A stretch of DNA of 64,000 nucleotides from a bacterium. GTDB taxonomy: Bacteria > UBA8248 > JACPRG01 > G963555815. The stretch's first letter is position 1. Every line of letters begins with the position of its first letter. The translations under genes and the position numbers were made by a program. The DNA lies in assembly GCA_963555815.3 (NCBI GenBank), contig CAUVWX020000002.1, positions 288,001 through 352,000 on the forward strand, written 5' to 3'. Below the pieces are notes generated by a model, which worked only from the letters and a program-made list of their open reading frames with translations, was not told the DNA's origin and did not search any database. Positions 1 through 8,578 of this stretch are shown in pieces.

Positions 1-924
1 GGCCTCGATGAGTTAAACCATGAGCGCCTCTACGCTGACGAGATCACCCCAGAGACCCTCCTGACCGCTGTGCGCACGCTCCCCTTCATGTCTGGCTGCC
101 GCTTGGTCCTCGTGAGACGGGCAGAGGCCCTGCCCCGGGGGGGAGAGGCACTGGCCGATTACTTTGAGGACCCCGTTTCGAGCACCTGTTTGGTCCTTCT
201 GGCAGATGCCCTGCCGCGCCAAAGCCAACTGCCCCACCGGGTGAAGAAGAAGGGGACAGTGGTCTCGCTGTCCTCTTTGAAGCCGGCCGCCTTTCGAAAG
301 CATCTCTCCTCTCTCGCCAGGGAGAAGGGGTTGCGCTTCGATTCCGATGCCCTTGACCTTTTAGCCGAGCGGGCCGGCCGAAACCTTCACCGCGGTATCG
401 CCGAGATGGAAAAGCTTTCGGTGTGGGAGACAAAGGCGGGCCGGGTGGACCGTGAGCTGGTGGCGGCTGTTGTGGACGACGGTCGTCTAGACACCTTCTT
501 TGATCTTGCCGACGCCCTGGGCAGAAAGCAGCTGGCGCGAGCCCTTGAGGCCCTGCATAGACTCCGCGGGATCCCTCCCTTGGTCCTCCTGGCCACGGTG
601 GGCCGGCATTTTCGTCGCCTGTTTGAGCTCCGGGCCAAACTGGACGTCGAAGGGCGGAAAGGGGAGGGGACCACCCAGGGGAAGCAGGATTACTATCTGA
701 AGAAGATGACCCGCCAGGCCTCTTTGTTTTCCGCCCAGGAAATCCGGGGAGTCTTCCAGCAGCTCCACAGCACAGACCTCGCCCTTAAGGGGACCAGCAC
801 ACCGAATCGGCTCGTCTTGGAAGACCTGGTCTTCGCCATATGCGGGTCAGCCAAGGGTAAAGATTCTGGGGAAGATGTCAGGGGGAAGCCTGGGGAGGCT
901 TCAGGGCGTCGGCCCGCCTGCTGA
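1..924 (+). CDS. holA: DNA polymerase III delta subunit (5' end lies outside the window)
   Basis: Frame open from position 1; 'TLPFMSGCRLVLVRRAE', 'AEMEKL', 'FDLADAL', 'DLALKGT...RLVLEDL' match HolA; adjacent to rpsT. Confidence 0.9.
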   Translation, partial: GLDELNHERLYADEITPETLLTAVRTLPFMSGCRLVLVRRAEALPRGGEALADYFEDPVSSTCLVLLADALPRQSQLPHRVKKKGTVVSLSSLKPAAFRKHLSSLAREKGLRFDSDALDLLAERAGRNLHRGIAEMEKLSVWETKAGRVDRELVAAVVDDGRLDTFFDLADALGRKQLARALEALHRLRGIPPLVLLATVGRHFRRLFELRAKLDVEGRKGEGTTQGKQDYYLKKMTRQASLFSAQEIRGVFQQLHSTDLALKGTSTPNRLVLEDLVFAICGSAKGKDSGEDVRGKPGEASGRRPAC

Positions 925-1159
925 GGCGAGCGATGAGGCGGGACGCGGTATTTTTGTGGATGACCCCCTTTGAGGCCGTCCGGGCAATGAGGGGGAGTGC
1001 GACCTCGAGGTGTTTACGAGTAGCCTCTGCGTCCTTCATCTCGATGGCGGCGTGGACCCGCTTGACAACGGTCCGATAAGCGGAGCGGAGCGGTTGATTG
1101 CGAGCCCGCCGCTTGAGGCTCCTCCGGGCGGCTTTCCGTGCCGGTTTCTTTTGGGGCAT
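878..1159 (-). CDS. rpsT: 30S ribosomal protein S20
   Basis: 93 aa basic protein with 'KGVIHKNTASR'; lies between holA and a divergent murJ. Confidence 0.95.
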   Translation of the reverse strand: MPQKKPARKAARRSLKRRARNQPLRSAYRTVVKRVHAAIEMKDAEATRKHLEVALPLIARTASKGVIHKNTASRLIARLSRRADALKPPQASP

Positions 1160-1290
1160 CTGTCTTCTCCAAAAGGGCTGAAAACTTCCCTTTCTCCAGA
1201 AACCCTTAATATAAAGGCTTTCTCCCTGCTGTCAAGGACCTTGCCCACGCAGACACCAGACGGGTCCGGCCCTCCAGGCCGGGGGTTTGG

Positions 1291-2880
1291 ATGAGGGACA
1301 CCGATCGCCTCACCCGCGCGGCGGGCGTCGTAAGCGGGGCCACGTTCCTCAGCCGGGTCACCGGATTCGTCCGTGACGTCATCATTGCCCAGACCTTTGG
1401 GGCGGGATTCAGCGCAGACGCCTTCTTTGTGGCCTTCGGGATACCGAGCCTGTTTCGGCGATTCTTTGCCGAAGGGGCCCTTTCAGCGGCCTTCATCCCC
1501 GTCTTCGCCGCCGAGCGGGAAAAAGGGGGAGACGAAGCGGCGCGCCGCATGAGCGGTGCCCTGGTCGCCTCCTTGGCCATCATCGTCGCGGTCGTGACCC
1601 TGTTGGGCATTTGGGCGGCCCCGGGGCTTGTGCTCGTCCTGGTGCCGGGCTTTCGGGACGACCCTCAGAAGCTGGCCCTGACGGTGACCCTGACCCGCCT
1701 CATGTTCCCCTTCCTTTTTTTCATCTGCCTTGCGGCGGTCGGGGCCGGTATCCTGAACACCCTTCGGCATTTCCTCACCCCCGCCCTCTCCCCCATTTTC
1801 CTGAATCTCTCCCTCATTGCCTTTGCCCTGGCCCTGGCGCCTCGGCTGGCGCAGCCGGTCGTGGCCCTCGCTTGGGGGGTTGTCCTGGGCGGCGCCGCTC
1901 AATTGGCTGTGCTGTTTGTCCCGCTTTGGCTCCGGGGACACCTGCCTCGTCCTCGATGGGAGCCGGGCCACTCCGGCTCCAGACGGGTTGCCCGCCTCAT
2001 GGGCCCCGCCATCTTTGGGATGTCCGTCGCCGAGATCAGCGTCATCATGGACCGATGGCTGGCGTCCTTCCTGGCGGAGGGGAGCATCTCCTTTCTTTAC
2101 TATGCCAACCGACTCGTCCAGTTCCCCCTTGGGGTGTTTGGTATCGCCATGACCATCGCCATCTTTCCCACTCTCTCCGCGCAGGCTGCCCGAAAGGACC
2201 GACAAGAATTTCTGGACACCCTGGGGCTTGGGGCGCGCCTCATCCTCTTCCTCTGTCTTCCCGCCACCGTGGGCTTGGTCCTCCTCAGCACTCCCATCAT
2301 TCACCTTCTTTTTGAGCGGGGAGCCTTCACGGCCCACTCGACCGCCATGACGGCTTGGGCCCTCTTTTACTACGCCGCCGGCCTCATTGCCTTCGCCGGG
2401 GTCAAGATCGTGGCCTCCGCCTATTACTCCCTCCAGGACACGGCCACCCCGGTCAAGCTGGCGGCCTGGGCCCTCCTCGCCAATCTGATCTTTAACCTCA
2501 TCCTCATGGGACCCTTCAAGCACGCTGGGCTTGCCCTGGGGAGCGCGCTTGCGGCCTATCTAAACCTGGGGCTTCTCGTGGTGATCCTCCGACGCCGGCT
2601 TGGGCACATCGGGGGCAAAAAGATCGCTCGCTCCTTTCTCAGGATGATCCCCGCAGTTGTGATCATGGGCATCGTTGTTTTCACGGTGAACCGCGGATTC
2701 TTTGTCCCCGATGGGACCACCACCTCCCAGGCCCTGGCGCTTGGGAGCGCCGTAGTTCTGGGGATGGCCAGTTTCTTCCTCGTGGCTCGGGTGATGCGGT
2801 GCGAGGAGATGCAGATCATCTGGGGGGCCGTGCGCCGCAAGGAGAAGACCCCCTGGGCGAGCCCTCCCGGGGGAGCGTAA
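1291..2880 (+). CDS. murJ: Lipid II flippase MurJ (MviN)
   Basis: 'SRVTGFVRD', 'RRFFAEGALSAAFIP', 'YYANRLVQFPLGVFG'; many TM segments. Confidence 0.97.
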   Translation: MRDTDRLTRAAGVVSGATFLSRVTGFVRDVIIAQTFGAGFSADAFFVAFGIPSLFRRFFAEGALSAAFIPVFAAEREKGGDEAARRMSGALVASLAIIVAVVTLLGIWAAPGLVLVLVPGFRDDPQKLALTVTLTRLMFPFLFFICLAAVGAGILNTLRHFLTPALSPIFLNLSLIAFALALAPRLAQPVVALAWGVVLGGAAQLAVLFVPLWLRGHLPRPRWEPGHSGSRRVARLMGPAIFGMSVAEISVIMDRWLASFLAEGSISFLYYANRLVQFPLGVFGIAMTIAIFPTLSAQAARKDRQEFLDTLGLGARLILFLCLPATVGLVLLSTPIIHLLFERGAFTAHSTAMTAWALFYYAAGLIAFAGVKIVASAYYSLQDTATPVKLAAWALLANLIFNLILMGPFKHAGLALGSALAAYLNLGLLVVILRRRLGHIGGKKIARSFLRMIPAVVIMGIVVFTVNRGFFVPDGTTTSQALALGSAVVLGMASFFLVARVMRCEEMQIIWGAVRRKEKTPWASPPGGA

Positions 2881-3776
2881 TGGCCGAGGATCAGGGCCTT
2901 CTCCAAGGCTTTCTGGATTATCTCAGTGCAGATCGGCGTCTCGCCAAGAACAGCCTTCTGGCCTACCGCAGGGACCTCAGCCACTTTATCTCGGCCTATC
3001 GAAAGAGGACCGATGCCCCTCTCTCGGCCCTCCATCGAAAGGACCTGATGGCTTATCTGGAAAAGTTGCAACAAGAAAAGATCCTGGCCAGCACAGTCCG
3101 CCGAAGACTTTCTTCTCTGAGGGGGTTCTGCCGCTTCCTGGTGGCTGAGGGCCACCTCGCCGAGGACCCCACCCTGGAGCTGAAGGGCCCGCGGACGGGG
3201 CGCCGACTTCCTCACGTCCTGTCCGTGGCCGAGGTGGATCGACTGCTGGCCGAGCCCGATCCCGGGACCCCTCTTGGCTGCCGGGATGCTGCCATGCTGG
3301 AGACCATTTATGCCAGCGGGCTTCGAGTCTCCGAACTCCTGGGCCTCACTCTGTCCCGGATTAACCTTGAAGTGGGCTATGTCCTTCCTTTGGGCAAGGG
3401 AAATAAGGAGAGGGTGGTCCCAATGGGAGAGGTGGCACAGGCAAAGGTTCAGGAGTATCTGAGATGGGGCCGCCCGAAGTTGCAGCGACCCCACTCAGGG
3501 GACATTGTGTTTTTAAACCGACGCGGTGGGGCGCTCTCGAGGGTGGGGTTCTGGAAGATCTTGAAGGGTTATGTCCGAGCGCAGGGGCTCCGCCGCCCAG
3601 TGAGCCCCCACACCCTGAGGCACTCTTTTGCCACCCATCTCTTGGCCAGGGGGGCGGATCTTCGCTCGATACAGCTCATGCTGGGGCACGCGGACATTTC
3701 GACGACACAGATCTACACCCATATTACACAGGAGCGGCTTCGGCAGATGTTTGATCAATATCATCCAAGAGCTTAA
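2880..3776 (+). CDS. xerD: Tyrosine recombinase XerD
   Basis: ATG at 2880 overlaps the murJ stop; 'RDAAMLETIYASGLRVSEL', 'GKGNKER', 'SPHTLRHSFATHLL', 'LGHADISTTQIYTH', C-terminal 'HPRA'. Confidence 0.93.
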   Translation: MAEDQGLLQGFLDYLSADRRLAKNSLLAYRRDLSHFISAYRKRTDAPLSALHRKDLMAYLEKLQQEKILASTVRRRLSSLRGFCRFLVAEGHLAEDPTLELKGPRTGRRLPHVLSVAEVDRLLAEPDPGTPLGCRDAAMLETIYASGLRVSELLGLTLSRINLEVGYVLPLGKGNKERVVPMGEVAQAKVQEYLRWGRPKLQRPHSGDIVFLNRRGGALSRVGFWKILKGYVRAQGLRRPVSPHTLRHSFATHLLARGADLRSIQLMLGHADISTTQIYTHITQERLRQMFDQYHPRA

Positions 3777-3848
3777 CATTATTATTCAATGTGTTATTAC
3801 GGTATATATAATGTGTTTTATAAATAAAAGATGTCCTTCCAAATTTGT

Positions 3849-3877
3849 TTGCGCCCCACGACCCGCTGTGCTAATTT
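3849..3877 (+). promoter_or_regulatory. Putative sigma70 promoter for the phoH operon
   Basis: TTGCGC, 17 bp, then TAATTT with extended -10 TG at 3869-3870; AT-rich tract upstream; GGGAGG RBS follows. Confidence 0.45.
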
Positions 3878-3899
3878 GACGTCGGCTGGGAGGAAGAAT

Positions 3900-4880
3900 T
3901 TGGCGAAATTGAAAGCCCACAACATCCCGCTGAAGGAGCCGGGCCGGGTTCGCGAGCTCTTTGGTATCCACGATGAGCACCTGAAGCAGCTGGAGGCCGT
4001 CTTCGGCGTCAAGATCGCCCTGGCGGATGGGGGCGTTGACGTCATCGGCGATCCTGAGCGCTCAGCCGTAGTGGAAAAGCTCCTCAAGGCGCTTCAGGCG
4101 GTCCTTGCCGAAGGTTATGAGCTCCGCCCTCATGACCTCCAGATCCTTGCTCGAGCCTATCAGGAGGATCCCAAGGCGGATCTCAAGGCCCTCTTCGCAT
4201 GGCGGATCCAGGTGGGGGGGAAGCGCCAGTTCGTGGTCCTAAAAGGGGCCGCCCAGCGGGCCTATGTGGAAGCCATCCGAAGTCACGATCTCGTCGTGGG
4301 GATTGGTCCGGCGGGGACGGGGAAGACCTATCTTGCCATGGCCTTGGCTATGGCGGGCTTGCTGGAGAAAGGCTTTGCGCGGATCATCCTCACACGGCCG
4401 GCGGTTGAGGCGGGTGAGCATCTTGGCTTTCTGCCGGGGGACATCTACGAGAAGATCCACCCCTACCTGCATCCCCTTTACGATGCCCTCTATGAGATGA
4501 TGGAGCCCGAAAGGGTGAACCGACTTGTGGAGCGAGGGATCATCGAAATTGCCCCTCTGGCCTATATGCGCGGGCGCACCCTCAATGACTCCTTTATCGT
4601 CATGGACGAGGCCCAAAATTCCACGGTCGAGCAGATGAAGATGTTTCTTACCCGGCTCGAATTCGGGTCGAAAGTGGTGATCACCGGGGACATCACCCAG
4701 GTGGATCTCTCGGAGGAGAAGCACTCGGGGCTCATTCAGATCCGCAGCATCCTGGAGAATGCCCCCGGGATCCGTTTCGTCTACTTTACGGAAAAGGATG
4801 TCGTGCGCCATCCATTGGTCCAGACCATCATCAAGGCCTACGAGCGCCACAAAAAGGAAAAAGGGGCTTCAAAGGGATGA
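3900..4880 (+). CDS. phoH: PhoH-family ATPase (YbeZ-like)
   Basis: 'GPAGTGKTYLA', 'TRPAVEAGEHLGFLPG', 'YMRGRTLND', 'DEAQN'; TTG start at 3900 after a GGGAGG RBS. Confidence 0.93.
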   Translation: MAKLKAHNIPLKEPGRVRELFGIHDEHLKQLEAVFGVKIALADGGVDVIGDPERSAVVEKLLKALQAVLAEGYELRPHDLQILARAYQEDPKADLKALFAWRIQVGGKRQFVVLKGAAQRAYVEAIRSHDLVVGIGPAGTGKTYLAMALAMAGLLEKGFARIILTRPAVEAGEHLGFLPGDIYEKIHPYLHPLYDALYEMMEPERVNRLVERGIIEIAPLAYMRGRTLNDSFIVMDEAQNSTVEQMKMFLTRLEFGSKVVITGDITQVDLSEEKHSGLIQIRSILENAPGIRFVYFTEKDVVRHPLVQTIIKAYERHKKEKGASKG

Positions 4881-7381
4881 CCCGAGGGGGAAAAAACAGG
4901 CGGAAATCTCTTGGCAAGAACCTGCGGGGGACCGGTCTCAGCAGCCCAAGGGCCGAGGCCAGACCTTCAAGCGGGCAGGCGGCCCGGGTGAGGTGGATAA
5001 CGGGAATTGCTCTCCTCCTTTCCCTCACCTTTATTTTCCTTTTCATTCAAACGGACTCTCTCCCCTCAAAGGGGCTTTCCGTGGGAGATGTGGTCCGAAG
5101 AGATATCAAGGCGGGAGAAGATTTTCTAGTCGAAGACGAGGCCTCCACGACCAAGATCAGGAGGGAGGCCGAGAGGGCGGTAAGAGATGTTTATGACTTG
5201 GACAGTGGCCTGGCGAGGGGAATGGCCGAACAGGTCAGGGCCGCCTTTTTGAGCGTGAGAAAGGCCTACGAGTCCGCCGAGGCAGAGAGGAAGTCCGCTC
5301 CTCCATTCGTGGGACCGAGGCTCAGGCGGGAGGGAAGTCCGGCCCGAGAGGGGAGCGGGTTTGAGGAAGGGCTGAAGGACACGCAGGCGTTCCTGGCTGC
5401 AGAGGGGGCCTTCTATCGGGCGCTCGGCCTGGAGCCGGAGGCCACACTGGTGGCCGCCCTGCGGGAGCAGAAGTATGGCCTTCAGATTGGCGAGGAGGTT
5501 GCTCGGCTTCTGGAACAGGCGGCGGCCCCCGGGATTGTGAGCAATAAAGAGCTCCTCCTGGCCCAGGCGGGCAAGGGGATACAGATTCGTGAGGTGGGTT
5601 CCACGGAAGAGGTGGTGGTGGAGGATGTGGAGCAATACCCGGACGCCTCAGAGGCCCTTCAGAATCTTGAGGCCCTGGCAACGCGGCTCAGGATAGGAGA
5701 CTCTCTGGACGAGCGCCGATTAAGCGTCCTTTTGACCAGCCACCTCATCCAGCCAAATCTCACTTTGAACAAACAGGCCACCGAAGAGCGGCGCAGGGAG
5801 GCCCGCGAGGAAGCCAAGCCAGTCTATTTTCAAATCAAGAAGGGCGAGATGATCGTCCGGGAGGGGGCGCGGATCACCCCCGAGCACAGGGTGAAGCTGA
5901 GGGGACTTGCTGCGTTGCAGGAGACGCGGGGGATCCTGGCCTCCGGAATAGGGGTGGCCCTCTTGATGGCCCTTTTTCTGGCGTTGACCTGGATCTATCT
6001 GTCCTGGTTTAAGACCAAGCTGATTCGCTCCACATCGATGGTGATCCTATTAGCGGTCTTGCTCCTCGGGACCGTCCTCCTCATCAGCGTTTTCATCCAG
6101 CTGGGCAACATCCTTTCAGAGGGTTCCGACGTCATTGAAGCCACCTCTTACTATTACGCTGTTCCCTTTGCCGTGGCGGCCATGCTGGCCGCTATCCTGG
6201 TGGACCTTGAGGTGGCCCTTCTCTTTTCGGCACTGACGGCTTTTCTGGCGGGACTCCTTATCCCCGCCCCCGGGATCTCTTATGCCCTGATGGCTCTGGT
6301 GGGGGGGTTGGTGGCCAGCTTTCGGGTGAATCAATACCATCACCGTTCAAGCATCCTGATCACGGGCCTCTTCATCGGGCTTGCCAACGTCGCCGTCCTC
6401 ATTCCTCTGCACCTCATGGAGGGGGGCCTCACCATCCCTCGTGGACTTTTAGATCTCCTCATGGGAATCGCTGGGGGGGGCGTGGTGGCGATTCTTGTCT
6501 CGGCCTTCCTTCCTTTTCTGGAATCTCTCTTCAAAGTTACGTCCGACATCAAACTCCTTGAGCTGGCCGACCTCAACCATCCCATCCTGCGCCAGCTGGT
6601 GGTCCAGGCCCCCGGGACCTACCACCACAGCGTGATCGTGGGGAATCTGGCAGAGGAGGCCGCCGAGCGCACCGGGGCAAACTCTCTTCTGGCTCGGGTG
6701 AGCGCTTACTATCACGACATCGGAAAGATTCGAAAGCCTGAGTACTTCATCGAGAATCAGTCGGGACCCGAAAACAAACACGACCGACTCGCCCCCCGGA
6801 TGAGCAGCCTCATCCTCATCTCTCACGTCAAGGATGGGATCGAATTGGCTCGAAAATACCACCTCCCCGAGAAGATCATCGACTTCATCCCCCAGCATCA
6901 CGGGACCAGCCTCATCCCCTATTTTTACAACAAGGCCAAGGAACGTGAGGTCCCAGGGCATGAGACAGTCGAGGAGGAAGACTTCCGCTATCCTGGGCCT
7001 AAGCCCCAGATCAGGGAGACGGCCATCGTGTTGCTGGCCGATATGGTGGAGGCGGCTTCCCGTACCCTCACGGACCCCCACCCAGCCCGAATCCGGTCCA
7101 TGGTGAAGGGGACCATCAACCGGGTCTTCGCAGAGGGTCAGCTGGAAGAGTGCGACCTCACGCTGCGAGATCTCAACCTCATTGCCGAGGCTTTTGTTCG
7201 GATTCTGACGGGGATCTTTCATCACCGAGTGGAGTACCCGGGCCAGCGAAAGGCCTGGGGCCAGGAGAAGCCGGAAGATGTCGATTCGGCTGACCGATCG
7301 ACAAAAGAGGACAGCCGTCGACTCGGCCTGGATCGCCGAGAAGGGACGACAGCTCTTAGAGACCTTGGCCTGTCCGGATGA
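4877..7381 (+). CDS. 7TM-HD phosphohydrolase (PgpH-like c-di-AMP phosphodiesterase family)
   Basis: N-terminal TM, large extracytoplasmic domain, about 7 TMs, then HD domain 'APGTYHHS', 'YYHDIGK', 'QHHGTS', 'ADMVEAASR'; phoH-HD-ybeY order. Confidence 0.9.
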   Translation: MTRGGKNRRKSLGKNLRGTGLSSPRAEARPSSGQAARVRWITGIALLLSLTFIFLFIQTDSLPSKGLSVGDVVRRDIKAGEDFLVEDEASTTKIRREAERAVRDVYDLDSGLARGMAEQVRAAFLSVRKAYESAEAERKSAPPFVGPRLRREGSPAREGSGFEEGLKDTQAFLAAEGAFYRALGLEPEATLVAALREQKYGLQIGEEVARLLEQAAAPGIVSNKELLLAQAGKGIQIREVGSTEEVVVEDVEQYPDASEALQNLEALATRLRIGDSLDERRLSVLLTSHLIQPNLTLNKQATEERRREAREEAKPVYFQIKKGEMIVREGARITPEHRVKLRGLAALQETRGILASGIGVALLMALFLALTWIYLSWFKTKLIRSTSMVILLAVLLLGTVLLISVFIQLGNILSEGSDVIEATSYYYAVPFAVAAMLAAILVDLEVALLFSALTAFLAGLLIPAPGISYALMALVGGLVASFRVNQYHHRSSILITGLFIGLANVAVLIPLHLMEGGLTIPRGLLDLLMGIAGGGVVAILVSAFLPFLESLFKVTSDIKLLELADLNHPILRQLVVQAPGTYHHSVIVGNLAEEAAERTGANSLLARVSAYYHDIGKIRKPEYFIENQSGPENKHDRLAPRMSSLILISHVKDGIELARKYHLPEKIIDFIPQHHGTSLIPYFYNKAKEREVPGHETVEEEDFRYPGPKPQIRETAIVLLADMVEAASRTLTDPHPARIRSMVKGTINRVFAEGQLEECDLTLRDLNLIAEAFVRILTGIFHHRVEYPGQRKAWGQEKPEDVDSADRSTKEDSRRLGLDRREGTTALRDLGLSG

Positions 7382-7712
7382 TGAGCTGAGCCTCCTCCTT
7401 GTGGAGGAGGCCGAAATGGCCCGTCTGAACCGTCAGTTCCGGGGCGTAAAGGGCCCGACCGATGTCCTGGCCTTCCCCATGCGGGAGGGAGAAGGAAACG
7501 GGCTTAACCCTCACCTTCTTGGCGACGTCGTCCTCTGCCCCCAGCAGGTGGCAGGGGGGCCTGGGCCGCTGTCCGACGAGGTGCTCCGCCTCCTCATCCA
7601 CGGGGTGCTCCATCTCCTTGGCTTCCATCACGAGACCCAGAAGGAGGCCCGGCGCATGGGCCGCGAGGAGAGACGTCTTTGGCAGGCCCTTCAGGGGGAG
7701 GTGGGCCCATGA
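7278..7712 (+). CDS. ybeY: rRNA maturation endoribonuclease YbeY
   Basis: 'LNRQFRG...TDVLAFP', 'LGDVVL', 'HGVLHLLGFHH'. Confidence 0.93.
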   Translation: MSIRLTDRQKRTAVDSAWIAEKGRQLLETLACPDDELSLLLVEEAEMARLNRQFRGVKGPTDVLAFPMREGEGNGLNPHLLGDVVLCPQQVAGGPGPLSDEVLRLLIHGVLHLLGFHHETQKEARRMGREERRLWQALQGEVGP

Positions 7713-8203
7713 AATATCTCTGGGCCCCCTGGCGGATGGACTATATCCGAGAGGAAAAGCTTGAGGGGGGCTGTCTTTTCTGCCAAAAACTCTCCGAGGA
7801 CAATGACGCCGAGAACCTCGTCCTCCATCGCACGGAACGCGCTTTTGTTATGATGAACTTCTATCCTTACAACAACGGCCATCTAATGGTGGCGCCGCGC
7901 CGCCATACCGGAGACCTCCTGGACCTCTCAGCTGAGGAAATGGGAGACCTGATGGCCCTCGCCCAGAGGAGCGTCCGCATCCTCACCCAGGCCCTCAACA
8001 CTCACGGTTTCAACCTCGGCCTGAACCTAGGGGAGGCCGCAGGGGCGGGGATCACTGACCATCTCCACGTCCATATCGTTCCCCGCTGGCGGGCCGACAC
8101 CAACTTCATGCCGGTTCTGGCCGACGTCAAGGTCATGCCGGAGCACCTTCAGAGCGCCTATGAGGTGCTGCGGCCCCAGTTTTCCTCTGACGGAAAGGGG
8201 TAG
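7709..8203 (+). CDS. HIT-family hydrolase (Ap4A phosphorylase-like)
   Basis: 'LWAPWR', 'CLFC', 'YPYNNGH', 'HLHVHIVPRW'; ATGA overlap with ybeY. Confidence 0.92.
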   Translation: MKYLWAPWRMDYIREEKLEGGCLFCQKLSEDNDAENLVLHRTERAFVMMNFYPYNNGHLMVAPRRHTGDLLDLSAEEMGDLMALAQRSVRILTQALNTHGFNLGLNLGEAAGAGITDHLHVHIVPRWRADTNFMPVLADVKVMPEHLQSAYEVLRPQFSSDGKG

Positions 8204-8208
8204 AGAGG

Positions 8209-8538
8209 TTGGGGGGATTTCGAGTGATTTTCGCCCTGCTGGTGGTCATCGCCGTGGTGAGCTTTAGCGTGAAGAATATGACGCCCACCTCCGTTCAGTA
8301 CTTTGGAATTGACGCCTTCACAGCCCCCCTCTTTTTCCTCCTCGTGGGGGCCTTTGTCCTGGGCTTTTTCGCGTCCTGGTCCCTCGGTTTCCTCCGAAAT
8401 GTACGCCTGAGACACCGCCTGCGAAAGGACCAGGCCCGGGCAAAGAAGCTGGAGGAGCGGATTGAGGAGATGGAAGCCAAAACGCTGGTTCCCACCCTCA
8501 GCGAAAAGGAGGAGGGCAAGCATTCCCCGCCCACATGA
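8209..8538 (+). CDS. LapA-family (lipopolysaccharide assembly protein A) membrane protein
   Basis: Two TMs with 'FSVKN' between them, followed by a basic coiled-coil tail. Confidence 0.75.
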   Translation: MGGFRVIFALLVVIAVVSFSVKNMTPTSVQYFGIDAFTAPLFFLLVGAFVLGFFASWSLGFLRNVRLRHRLRKDQARAKKLEERIEEMEAKTLVPTLSEKEEGKHSPPT

Positions 8539-8578
8539 ACCCCCCGCCGGATCGTCCCAGAAACCCACCCTCACCCCC

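Noticed and set aside
2880..3776. Tyrosine recombinase as the integrase of a mobile element
   Set aside because: It has XerD signatures, housekeeping neighbours and no cargo genes, and a dif site is present in the window.
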